DNA from: Botryllus schlosseri
Taxonomy: Eukaryota
NCBI GenBank assembly: GCA_051294905.1
Contig: CM119371.1
Span: forward strand, 30,630,001-30,694,000
Reading direction: 5' to 3'
DNA length: 64,000 nt
The position numbers and the translations under genes are program-made. This document shows, piece after piece, positions 50,925-64,000 of the stretch. The notes under the pieces are model-generated. The model ran no database searches, was not told where the DNA came from, and was given only the letters and a program-made list of their open reading frames with translations. The first letter of the stretch is position 1. Every line of letters starts with the position of its first letter.

Positions 50925-53503
50925 CTGTGACGAAACACGAAACATAGTGCCGATGACGGTCTTGCGCGTCATAATTACAAGATTCTTGCGGCAGTGTGGA
51001 AATAACCCACTGTAGCCATGACATCCATGATGTGAATATTTTGGATAAATTTGAAAAAATAACTGCCATGACAGTAGTTTAGTTACATGATGAAAATTAT
51101 TTTAAATGGTTTAAATCCGCAATGTCTTATCACTACTGTGAACAACAATAGAAAAAGATTTTTGTTGACTTCAGTGTATAGCGCGTACTTCGATTTTATT
51201 ATTGTTACGAGTTTTGCGTATTACACAAGTCTAGTAGAATAGGGTCCATCCAGTAAAGATATTCCTAATTGTTTTACATTTCCCACGTTCGATAGAGAGT
51301 TTAACACGCTTTAAATGGTACTCGATCCCCGGTGATATTTTCATACTGCGTATGTGCGCATGTTTCAATTCATTGTCGCAGATTCCGACGATAGACTTTG
51401 CATTGGTTGTGGGATATGACATTGCGACCGATTCCTAAATAGTCCCCCACCAGTTAAAATACAAATCGAGCGTGCGTGTATTTTGGAATGACAACTCCAT
51501 TGAGCTATTGTAGTGTACTTGGAAACATCGATTCGCGATTGTGTTAGGTAGCTTAGTTACTTTCTAAAATGTTTGTTGTACAACTCTTCCGTAATTTCGA
51601 TACAACTCATTCGTGATGAATTGTCGAATGTAATTTAAAACCACAAGTCGAAGAGGAATGAATTGTTTTATTCAAATAAAAAAAACTTTGTTCCGGTGTC
51701 GCATAAATGTAATTTGTATGAATGATATACGCAATGACGAAGCTATTTCTACAATTTGAAATGCTACTTTCAATAAAAAGTCTGACGACTTGTGTTCTAA
51801 TATTGACAATTGTGTTGATTAGTATGACCAGTTTACAAAATCACGGTGATCTTTTTGTTTTACGTCTGTTATGATCAAACAAATAGGCGATTTGTTTCAA
51901 GTCTTACGATTAGACATTATCTTTTGCGGTTGGAATAAAACGAAATTTCGTTGAAATAGAATACTTACGAGTTCAATAATATTCTTAATCGGTGTATGCG
52001 AATAATCCTACAGCTACAAGCAAATTTAAAACTTGATGTAGTTTTAAGGTTAACTCAAGTTAGTGACCGTGTTTGTTTGCGTTCATTTCAAGAATGATCA
52101 TGACGAGTTAGCCGAATAAATTGGTGACTGCACCCGTAAAGAGTTGCTGACATTCCAATGCCGGTGTACTAAATTTGTGTTAACTAAACTCGGATAGATG
52201 CCGCGGCTAAGAAGGACTTACGCATGGTTTTCACATATTGTACACATGCAAACTTTTGTGTAGACAACTCTGATGTTACCGTAAGTTGGACTGTTTGGAT
52301 ATTAAGAAACACGAACACCCATTCATACAATAAAGTTCTTGAGGTACCGAAACAGTTTGAAAGCGTCACCAATCATTGCGCAGGTTCTTAGCATGAGAAT
52401 ATCGAGAGAAGTCGAATATTTCGCGTTATGTAAACGTCTTTCATACCTTGGTGTTTCTTTGTAAGGATAATAATTCATTTTCTACAAAGTAACTAGTTTT
52501 TTAGTTTGAAAATCGAAGATGACTAACATAATTTTATTCAATATTGTACCAACATCGGATGTCACGTACGAAAAGAGTTTGTGGCTTATTCGATTCAATG
52601 TATTTCGATTATCGTAATGGTAGGAATCGACACGGTATTTCGGTGATGGATGTGTAATATTTGTTATTACTTATATCTTAGTATTTGTCGCATTCATGAA
52701 TCGGTAAATGATGACGATATCGAATTTTGGTTACAACTCGATTTGGTAAGTATACAGTGTTCGAACTCATGGCAAGTTCGACCATTCGAGTAGGATGGTT
52801 TTCGAAATATATTATGATCTGGTAAAAACGATCTATTGAATGAACGCTAACACAATGAGTCTACAATCCCAACGAATGAATATTGTTTTTGAATTGTTTT
52901 CTGCTACACTAATATAATTTGTATCTATAAAAAAATCCATACCGATGAAGTGATGTTGGTCAATATCCATTATGTAAAATGTGAGTAAATCCTCTTCCAG
53001 GTTGGTGAGATTCAAATCAATAGCATGTTACACAAAAACGTTATTTGTATTGTGTGGGATATTGTGAAGATGATACCGCAACAACACAACAAGTTATATT
53101 TTGTATCGGGCGTTTCTTTGTGATTTGGTAATAGTGGAGTGCGCGATATTTTTGATTTGTGTGGTTGGTTGAAAACTAGGCTCGTTATTGGGTCTAGAAT
53201 TCAACCACATCCAAGTAAGCTCTTTAGTGACTATGATTACATTAACTTTGACGAACGGAAACGGAAAAATTGAAATGGATACTACTAAAATTACAAAACG
53301 GTTCTATCAGGTTCAGGTGTAGGATATCTTTTCGATTTCGTTACCGGTGTGTGTTTGACGAATAATTCTGGTACACCTAACTAGATTACATCTAGCAAAC
53401 GTCGTGCATATTGTTTTATGTGATGGTAACGACTTTCGAAGACTTGGTTTCGATAACTTTTGTAATAGCTTGGCTGGCAATGGTATAATAGTATTCTGTA
53501 ATG

Positions 53504-54504
53504 CAGGGGTCACCAACACGCGGCCCGCGGGCCGCATGCGGCCCGCGACTTGATTTGAAAGTTCGGAAGAAACCTAAGAAAACCTATTTTGAAAAGCTGA
53601 AATTGACTACAGTTTCCACATATTGTTGTTGCTATTGTTTCAAAATAAGCTATTCACCGGTGCCCAACATCACTATTCCTCACTAACTAAAACGGCTTTG
53701 GCAATGTCAACTGCATTCCATCGAGGGAGATATAACCAACTGATATGAATGGGCAGGGCTTATTGCCTTGACGTGCAATGGCCCAAACACTGCCAAGACT
53801 GAAACGTTTGGAAAACGGCATCGGGCAGTGGTTCTCAAACTGGGGGGCGTGCCCCTCTTGTGGGGGTGTGAAAGCATCCGAAAAGGGCGCGGAACTGCGT
53901 TCATTTGTATTTTTTTCGCGCCCCGCGCGATTTACATCATATACAAATCTTGTGTATAGTCCGGAATTCATATAATAGAATCCTCCCATCAATTAATCAT
54001 AACCTTCCATGCAATCAAACTATCCGTTGGGATTGTTAGCATTGTAGTTGCATTTTGTGATATGACGGTAAGGGGGGAGTGAAATTTTTCAGTATCATAA
54101 AGGGGGCGTGTATAAAAAAGTTAGAGAATCACTGACTTAGGGCTTTCCGCAAGGTCAAGCTTAACGTGGAGATGGTCTTTCACTTAGTAACGTATCTCGC
54201 TAGCCCCAATATCGATTCCTTAGTCGCTAGAGCGTTTCCAGGAATCGAGCACAGCTCAGAGTTCAAAATAAAATGAAATTGAGGATAATGATTTTTGTTG
54301 CATTTGTATTCCTTTAATAAAATATTACTTACTTTGTGGTCACTATGCCCATTGTCTGTGTTAGGTAGCACGGCGTTGTAGACTACTGACGTTGAGTTTG
54401 AAAACGTTGTTGCGTAGTTTATATCGATATTGAAGACATGCGGCCCGCGGCTGTTATGAAATTTTAAAAGTGGCCCGCAACCCATTTTGAGTTGGCGACC
54501 CCTG
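53504..54504. mobile_element. Family-B hAT element at a non-tRNA site
   Basis: TIR CAGGGGTC(A/G)CCAAC, perfect TSD CTGTAATG, homologous to 24276-25441. Contains a nested CAGTGG element. Confidence 0.9.
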
Positions 54505-54722
54505 CTGTAATGGTTGAGGTACGTGAACAAGTTTCCAGTCAACTATTAATCTGACATACGACTTAGGTTTTACATATCGAAATATTTCTAAAACGTTTGC
54601 TGGTATCATAAGACACAAATCGAAATTCATATCAACCAAGATTTTTGCATGCTTTGAGTTTTGTGATGGCAATTATTTTCGAAGATTCAAATGAATAATT
54701 TTTTATCAATATTAGCCTACAA

Positions 54723-55801
54723 CAGGGGTGGGCAAACTACGGCCCGCGGGCCGCATGCGGCCCGCGAGAGTCTGAAAAAACTTTTTAAAAATATTGATAA
54801 AATGGGCACTAAAAATCGAATTAATGCAGTGACTTGATTAACTTTTTATTAGTATATTTCACCATGATAATTCTAAGACAGTTATTCTCAAACTGGTGCG
54901 CGCGCCCCCCTGGGGACGTGAAAGCATCTGAAGGGAGGCGCTAAGCTGCGCTTAACAGAAAAAATTTTCGCGCTCCGCGCGATTTACATCCAGTTCAATG
55001 ATATTGCTCTGTCTTTAGTCTGAATTACATCTACAAATCTCTCATCCACAGTCGTAACCTTCCATGCCATCAAATTACCCGTTAGGTTTGCTAGCAACCT
55101 GGGTGCGTTTTGTGATATGACGATAAGGGGGCGCAAGATCTTTCACCACCATACTTGTCTTAAAAAGTTTGGGAACCACTGCTCTAGGGAAAATACTTAA
55201 TATCACCCAGCGAGTTAGCTGCAACGAGATTGAAATAATTTGGATCACGAGTGGGATTTCAGATTGGCCACTCCATTTTTAATTATTTCAGTGTTGTGCT
55301 GATAAAAAACGATTCGGGCGTGTCTTGGGTAGATTCGTTGTCTGTATGCGTAAAATTGGGGTATTTATATTTTATCCACACATATTAGAAGCGTGTTTGA
55401 TGCTAACATGGATGCTGTCAGCATTGTGTGTCCTGGAACTGAACCAAAAGTGGAATTGGTAAATCAATGAGCAGATCGCTTCTCTCAGATTTAAATTTCA
55501 ATCCTGTTCTAACAATCGGCTCAACCGACTTTGATCTCTATAGTTTTGACAAATTGATTATTGAGGTCCTACAGCCTATGAGATCTCACCACTATATATG
55601 TTTCTGACGCGTGTACGATATCATCAATGCAATGTTTGGTTTGTTTTAAATAAGCATAACTGTATTATCTCCATGTCCTCACTATATAATCAAATATCAA
55701 TATTGCGTTTTGGTTTATAATCCCAATTTTATACAGTGCGGCCCGCGAATGGATTCAGATGTTGAATGCGGCCCGCGAGCTCAAAAGTTTGCCCACCCTT
55801 G
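54723..55801. mobile_element. Charlie-like non-autonomous element
   Basis: CAGGGGTGGGCAAACT...AGTTTGCCCACCCTTG, TSD GCCTACAA/GTCTATAA. Confidence 0.82.
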
Positions 55802-57639
55802 GTCTATAACGATGCAAACACATTTTACAGATTTCAGTGTAGCGAGTATTTCGGTTTCTTTGATATTATGGGTTTCGTGTATTAGACAAGTCTAGCTGAA
55901 TCGGAGGTGTATAGCACACATATACTAATTTGTTTTTGTAATGATGTTTATTTACAAATTGTGCTGCTACTATAGTACCGTATGTCCGTATACTTCATAG
56001 TTTGTTATTGTTGCCATTGGTACAATGCGAATTTCATGGTTTGAGATTTTGATTGTTGCGTCATACTTTGCCTTTTTGGTTTTGCTTTTAAATCTTTAAA
56101 TCTTTAAATCTTTAAATCCCTTTAGTGTGCCGATAACTCTTGAAAAGAGGCACCCGAAAAGTCTTCGAGTTAATAAATATTATTCTACAATGGATATTGT
56201 ATTGAAAGCTATATTCAAGTTCTGTACCACGAACCAGCTATTTAATGATGTTTTTGAAAAAGTGTGAATGCCTTAAATCTTTAAATCAAGTAATGGTATG
56301 CCAATTCATACATCTTGACACTGGGAAATGGGGGTATGTGTTTCAATTCTTCGTCGCAGATTCCCACAATGAAGTATTGTACTGGTCGTTGATCAGCAAA
56401 CGAAATTGTTGTTTCATCTTTAGTCTTGGTTACTGGAAACGATTGCATTTGTAAAATATTTTCTGATATCCGTAATACGCAGAGTGATTTGTACCAACAT
56501 GGAATAATTTTCAAATCAATAATATTTAAGACACGCTAATCTAGTTTTACAACTCAATATGTTAATAACAATGGCACTGAAAAGTTTGTTGCTGACATAA
56601 AAACCTTTATCACAACACCGGGTCTAATTAACGCGAATAATTTAATAATCAGGTCATGATCAACTATTACAAAATCTCATATATAAAATCAATTTGACGG
56701 ATGTTTACAGCATGATAACTTTCAATATGACGCCAGCGCTCGATTGTAATAAATGAAGTCTCAACTATACATTAGACAAACAGTCAGGTCTCGTAAACTC
56801 AAAACATAATATATGTTAATCTCAAGTCACGTGCACCGAGTAGTATTTATTTTTGTGTTGTAGAATATATCGAGTGTTGATTGCTTTATCTTGCAGAATA
56901 ACCCGTGCAGTAATAACGTTGTCTTACAGAATGGTAACAACTTTTACAGTTGAATAAAAAAGACGAGTCGTCGGAATATGAATACAACCGAACTTGGCCT
57001 GGATTTTAGGTTGTAGTGTCTGTACGTACTCGTGTATATTTGGCTGTTTTTCATACAGATAATGTTTGAGTTGGTTGGATAAGTTACAATTGGATTTAGA
57101 AAATGACAATGTTTTTGTGATTGACTTTTTTGAGTATGGCAAGATGTTAAAATATGAAGGTGCCGTATTAATAGTCTTTCGGAAACACTTTGACTAACTG
57201 AAAGCGGGGTCGCGAATAGAGTTGTGAGGTTTCAATAATTGTTTCAAATCAATATGCGTATAATCTCGACAAGTGACTGGATGAAAGTTGGTAGTAATGT
57301 TTGTCAATCCTATTTCAATTCAAACTATGCCATAGGCAAAATATTTCATTTTGCATTATCTCAATTTACCTATAGTACATCTCACGACACCGTACTATAA
57401 CATTTTTGATATTAAGGACTCGCGGATTTTCAAACAACAATACCTGAATTTTTTGGAGATGCTGGAGTTGGAAATGATACGCTGAGTGTCTTTATTGGGA
57501 GTTTTATTTAGCAGTAATAAAGACAACGATTGTATAATGTGCTTACACGTGATTCTTGATTATTGTTGAGATAGTTGGTATTGATTCTATAGGTGAAACA
57601 GCGGCATGGGAGCGTGTGAATAATCCAATGCAACTGAAA

Positions 57640-60590
57640 CTTGGCGTCAGAGGTATTTGTGCAACTCTGCCGGAGGTTCCTCCATAATGGCCTGATATTG
57701 CGCTGGGTGAAACCTGGGACCCATGCTTTGATCAGCAACGCGTCTTTCAAAGTCGTGCCTAATACTATTTTTGCAGGGGAGAGTCCGTTCGCGGGGTCGG
57801 GGCAATTGCGAAACTGTAGCAATGCCCGAGTAATTGCATCGGTCCGAATGCTGCCATCCTGCGAAATGTTGCCGAGAAGGAGTCGTTTCATCGATTTCAC
57901 CGCGGCCTCCGCGTGGTTATTTGACCTGAGGTGGTAAGCCGACGACAGCCTGTGGCCCACCCCCCATTTTCGAAAAAATTCCCGAGTGCTGTGCGCAGCA
58001 AATTCGGGGTCTCCGTCACTGGTAAGTTCTTCGGCCACTCCAAACGGGCCGAAGAAATTTCGTAATGCATCTTGGAGTCCGCGGGCTCCAAACGTTTGCC
58101 CACCGTGCTTTACATAGAATATCTCTGGCCAGTTGCAGAAGCGGTCAACAACGACTAAATAGTGGTGGCCTGCGGCGGTGCAATATTCAGCAGCAATTGC
58201 TTGGAAAGGGTAGGTCGGTTTGAATGGCTCGGCCGGAGGCATGTATGCTTGACTCGGTGCCATCTTACTGAAGTTGTCACAACGTGCTCGTGTACGTGCT
58301 ATACACTCAGTCATCCCAGGCGAAAATACTGTGGCCTGCGCCCTCTGTGACATGGCAGCAGTACCTTGGTGTGCCGAGTGCAAGATCTCACAAATAAACC
58401 CTCGCAGCGGCGGGGGAATGACAATCTGGTTATTATACATGATAACGTCGTCTACGATCGAAAGGTTGTCGTGGTACCGCCGATATGATTGTAGTTGAAA
58501 AGGCAGTTTGTCCGATTTATCAGGGAATCCTGAGATGATGTAATTTTTCAACTCACTGAGGACAGGGTCGTACTTCGTACTACGCTTCCCATCGTCCCAG
58601 GATACAACTTCAATGGCATTCAATGATGCTCGGGAGGCGGCCACGATGCTGATTTCAATCAGATTGGTGTCGTCATGTCATGGGTGGCATGTCGTCCGCT
58701 GGAGTCGAGGGAGCAGGGTGCCGGGACAATGCATCAGATGCAGGAATGAGCTTGCCAGGAACATGGACGACACGGAAGCGCCATGACCATGTGCGCTGCT
58801 TCAGACGAAATATCCTTGTGTTAGTAATTTCATAGAGGGAGCGGTCCCCAAAGATTTTTACTTAAGGTTTCTGGTCAGTGCAGATGACGAGATCGTCACA
58901 TTTTAGGGTGAGGAACTTCGTATCTTCCAATGCCCATGCGATTCCTTGCGCCTCGCCCTCTACAGCACAATAACGTTGTTCGGCGGATCGAAGGAACCTT
59001 GAGCAAGCGAAAGTGATTTTCCACCCATGTTCACAACAGTCGGGAGTCAAGGAAACGCATTTGCAGTGTTTTTGTCGCAACCAGTAGCCAATGCAAGACC
59101 TTGGCCAGTCCGGGGTCAGGCACGTTCTTTTAGTGGGGTCACAGATCCATACTCCATCTTTGATAGCGTTGACCAGCTCGAGCTTGGAGTTCGCGAATGC
59201 ATCATCAAGTTGGGAAGTCCAGCAAAATGGAATTTCGGGCTTAGTAACGGTTTGAATGGCGCCATAATGGTAGAAAACCGGCCATAATGGGATACCTGGT
59301 TGACCAGCCCAAACCATGCAGGTATATCTGCTATTTTGTAGGCCGTGGGAAGCACTGTGTTGCCTCTAAATATTTGGGCAGAGGGCGAACATTCTCAGCA
59401 GTAATTTCGAAGCCGACGAACTCGATATGTCTGCGGCAGAACTGGAACTTGGAGGCGTTTAGGATGATACCTTCACGGCCCATCAATTCTAAATAGTCAA
59501 TCAGTCACCACCAGTGTGTGGCAAGGTCATCGTCCCAGAGGACCGTGTCGTCCACGCGCTTCGTTTTGCGTGGCGTGTCGGCAATGATGCTGTCGTAGCG
59601 GTAAGCGTACCCATCGCCACTGGCCAGGTATCCGTGCGAGGCCACTCCATACCGATATCTCTCGAACTCAATGATGAATGTCAGAGGGTTTCTATCCTCT
59701 TCACGCACGGGCACGGAGTGGTAACCATTCCAGGCATCTGTGAGAGACCTGTAAGTGTTTGGAGGTATCGAGCGTGCCTGTTTGAAAGGAGGCAAAAAAT
59801 GGTGTGTGTCTCGAGAGCAGAAGCGGTTCAGCGGTTGGAAGTCAACAACTCTCGTCGGGCTGCCATCTGCCTTGCGGACCCATATGGCCCTATGAAACCA
59901 GGTCGTTGGCGTGCTCGGCTCCACTTTTTCAATCACCCCTAATTTTACGTCCGCCTCCAACTGCTTCTCAATTTCCTCTTTCCAATAAAGTGGAATGGGA
60001 GCCGGTGTGTGGACTGCAGACGGTGTCGCCGACGGATCGATATGAATGGAAATAGGCGGCCCAGTCATGGTCGGGAGTGGGCTGCGTTTGCACTTGTTGG
60101 ATGTGGATGATGCATACCTATCAAGTAGCCACTGCTTCATTTTAACAACATTCTTCGCACAAGGCTGGAATGGCAGTTGCTGGGGGCGTGGAGGAGGGGT
60201 TGACCTCTGTGGGCAGCTACATGTTTGACGCGGGTTACCCTCAAAGGTTGACTTTCATGTCGCGTGGAGTGCAGCTGCCCCAATTTGAGGAAAATCGGGC
60301 CCAATGATGCCTAACTTTTGCATGGCATCTCCACTAAGGTAGAAGAGTTTCGTAGAATCCGTAACGTATACCATCTCAGCGGTTTCTACGACATCACCAG
60401 AAACTGCTGCACCCGAAATTCTCAGAAGCACAGCGCCCAGGATGTGGATACACTCATCATTAGCTGCAACCATGCGTTTCTTCACTGGGATGAGATGCTG
60501 GTCACAGTATTTAGAGCGCACATGCCATGTCCATGCGCGATATCGTAGAAAACGCCCTATATGACGACGACACAGCACCGGGTGTTTAGT
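57640..60590 (-). mobile_element. pol: Decayed Ty3/Gypsy LTR-retrotransposon pol (PR-RT-RNaseH-IN)
   Basis: Protease-like 60255-60578; RT (KADGSPTRVVDFQPLN, TDAWNGYHSV, RVDD) 59505-60140; RNase H (CSRFLRSAEQRYCAVEGEA) 58862-59317; integrase (HSAHQG, LVVVDRFCNW, LTSDGDPEF, SNNHAEAAVK) to ~57640. Several frameshifts and stops; no LTRs or gag seen. Confidence 0.93.
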
Positions 60591-63500
60591 TTTTTTTTAC
60601 ATGGAACGCGTTCTCTTTGGCGTTGTCATCAACGGAAAGTATTTAGAGTGTTACCCCTTACTATTTCACTTGTTAGGAAGAAAATTGTAGTTTTATATTA
60701 ATTTTAAACTGTTATAATTTCATACCCTCATGTCAGTTTCAGTCATTCTATCAATAATAACATGATCTCATGCGAAATATTTGTTTGTCGAAAAAGCAGT
60801 TCCTCAGGCCTAACAATTCTACTTTTGCGCAATGGAAATACACATTCTCCTGTATAAATTGGTCAGTCTATCAAGACTAAAGTGGAGTACAAAGATATAA
60901 AATTTGTCCTTGAAAAGGTTACCTACAATACTCATGTACGTCTCATTTCTTTTGACTTGTAAATGGATAGTTGTTAATGGTTGTTCACAGTCGCTTGAAA
61001 CATTTTTCTGTGTTTGTAGTTTTCAGTACTCATGATTAAAAATAGTTCGAATACATTTCAGTTTTTTAATTAAAGGGTGTTCTACGTAACATGAATGAAC
61101 ATGAATACTAAATAGCTTGAGATTGTTGCTAATTACGTCGCTATACGGTTGCCAGAGAACATATCTCTACCGAATCAATTACATGTTTAACAGTAATTGT
61201 TATTGTAATTCAAATTTGATATTTTTAGCATTGAGTAATTGTAATGTAATTGAAACATGCAAGGGAGTAATCGTAATTGGAATTGAACTGAAATATCGTA
61301 ATTGATCCAACTCTGGTCACCACCACAGCCTATACCTGAAAGCACGAATCGCCACTCCCGGTTTTCACGGCACATCATCTCCACAGCCTATATCCGAAAG
61401 GTCACATCACCAACCCGCCTGAAAGAACACTTGGCAACATGCCCGCGATGGGGGTCTAAAAAGGTGGGGTCACTACCACGGGGTTTCACGCCACAGCATC
61501 ACCACAACCTTTACCAGACAGAGTGGCATCACCACCGCACCAATAAGACACAATGCCACCGTGCGACCCCCGCCTATACCTGAAAGGGTGTGGTCACCAA
61601 CACGTGTTTCGAGGCAGGTCACCGCCACTCCCATAAGAGCCCCATATATGTCCCCACCGATCTACACTACTACTGCCGCTGTCCAGTTGATTCTCGATAA
61701 TTGGAGAATTTCTGAATTGAAAATAACCTAATATGGGGCTAAATATTGTAGATACGATCGGCATTTCATTCAGACGTTTCATAAACGAGGTTAATATTGT
61801 AAATGTCACTTTTACAAGTGAGTCTATTCCCAACCAGAAACCCCTAAATTCCGCACCGGTTAGAAACCACTGCGTTAAAGTAGATCTTAGAATATAAATT
61901 TACATCATGACAATTATTTTGGGACAGCGGATCAGAGGGCCATTTCTTCCCGCAATCTGTGGGTTACACATTAACTTCATTCTAATCGATAACGGGTGCT
62001 CCGAACATATCATCAGCAGTTCTGTGGACAGAAAACTCAGTCATTTCAATGTTAGCAAATCCGAAAAAACGACCGCGCGCTCTGAGGACGCTCTGAGGGC
62101 TGGGCCCAATTTCTTCTCGTTTTGGAAAGCAATTGATTTCTGCTGTAAATCGCTGTTATGATAACGTAAAAACTATTATTGTGTTTATTACCAAACAATT
62201 GCTTCCTGCAACGCGCAAAGATGTTCTTCCTAATTTGAGACTTTCCTTCCGCATCTCGATTTCTCGATATTACATGGCGATATTTTTCAGATAGTGTTTT
62301 CAGTGAATTTCCTGTCTTCATTGTCGGGTTCTCTTTTCTTTGTATTTCATCAATTATTTTCCTATTTATGTTCTCTCGGTGCAATGCAGATATAATAGAT
62401 GCCATCAAGACTGGATCTGCTGTTTATTTGCAAAAGTAGGGCGTATGGAAAGCGGGACAGGAACTGCAATGGGGCGTTAATATGGAAATGACACCCTAGC
62501 AATTTTAAGGGGTGGGGTGAAATATTTGATGCACACCCAAAAGAGTAGGCTGAGTTTAGGCCATATACAGCTATAGGGAGGATAGGTTATGTTTTCGTGT
62601 ACCACCTGTCGGCGTGCGTGCACACACGCTAAGAGTGTGCAATCACCTTAACCATCGATCCGAAAAAATGTTGCTTCTATCAGGTCGGCATCTCCTTGAA
62701 AATCGATAAGTCCAGATCAACAACCATTACAAAAACATTCAAATCCATCCAAATCAGGCAAAATTGCACAAATCTCTATTTCTCTTCGTTACGTATCATA
62801 TTATGAAATCGTATATGCGACGAGACGGGCAAGGTAACCACAAATGTCCATTTCTCCGCGAATCTGTGGGTCACACAGTAGCATCATTAGCCAACATCAC
62901 GGTGTCCATTCTGTTATCAGAGATAACCAGATTCGATAAAGTTTAATGCGTGTTGGAGGCCGGCGTATTGTAACGTCGCTCTATAAGACAGGCTACATAT
63001 TTTTGAATTACAGTGATGTTTCTGTCGAATAGATATTGCGTGATGATCATCCTGCAAAAGCAGATAAATTATTTCCAAGTTCAACAAATTGGGCCAATCT
63101 CCATACCAATGAAAAATTCGAGGCTGATTGTGGGAGTTCCAGGGCCGCGTGCGGAATAAGATTTATATTTTCGTAATCAGTGCAGAGTCAGCTTTCGATT
63201 GATACCCGTTTTACCAAATTTAATGCTCGGCAAGCCGGTCAAAAATGACCGTCAAATTGACTGTAGCCAAATGGAAATTGTGACGTGAGACAATTCCACT
63301 GAGGCGTGAGATTTGCCTGTGTCGACACCATATAGGACACTATGGTTTTACTCTGGTATTTGTGTTGCATAATATTCTAAAATTATGCATTGTCGTAGAG
63401 ATATTATGACATCATAGATGAAAGGAACTCTCGTGACGTACACACCACATGATTTCGCTTCTAAGTGGTGCAGTGACGTGCGGTCCAATGAGGCAGGTGA

Positions 63501-64000
63501 GGCAGTCGTCTGGATGAGTAAGGGAATATTGTGAAACCCCTCCATAGTTAATGATTATATTGATGTTACACATCGATGTTCATAAATAACTAAATTGGAA
63601 CATTTTTTCGCCAAACGTCATCAATTTGAATCATTATTATTCAAAAATACAGCGCGAAAGGAGATGTGAGGCACGGGTGAGGAACGGGCGGGTCGTGCCT
63701 CACCTGCAACAATGCAATTCATCAGAAATAGCTCGGAATTCCTAATAACTGGAATCAATGAAATGCTATAGTAACACTGATTCGGAAAACCTAAATATTA
63801 ACAGTGTCAGAGCACCAGAACCCCCAAAAATCGCCCAGGAAGTTGACCTTCGCCTTTATTACAGACAATGCCATCATAGACAAACAATGGCTAAGTGAGG
63901 CACAAACGAATCTGGTTCATGCACTATTCGCTAACAATTGGACAATCGAAACCGAGTGAAACGCGCTACCGATTTCGGAATCCAACAGTGTTGTAGGAAT

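Noticed and set aside
63200..63545. Possible TIR (Toll/IL-1R) domain remnant on the minus strand (YDVIISLR...VELSHVTISIW)
   Set aside because: Only two short, weak motif resemblances interrupted by stops; not supportable without a profile search.

Overview
Eukaryotic, AT-rich, transposon-dense animal DNA. A marine invertebrate such as a tunicate is plausible, but that is inference. (1) Bases 188-29254 (+) hold 19 phase-consistent GT-AG exons encoding at least 1043 aa of a hemocyanin/prophenoloxidase-type type-3 copper protein. All six copper His are present, and there are unusual N-terminal (at least 285 aa) and C-terminal (~200 aa) extensions; the 5' end lies upstream of the window. (2) Two oppositely oriented tandem arrays of ~172-bp tRNA-Pro units occur at 20.3-26.4 kb (inside an intron) and 34.9-40.9 kb. 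Three genes are intact. Six are split at exactly the same nucleotide of the A box by non-autonomous hAT (Charlie/Buster-like) elements of five families, and a seventh carries an apparent excision footprint there. (3) The rest is nested MITEs, tRNA-derived SINEs, a LINE remnant, a decayed Ty3/Gypsy pol, a BACK-domain fragment and spliced NLR-type LRR exons next to a degraded coding-like block.
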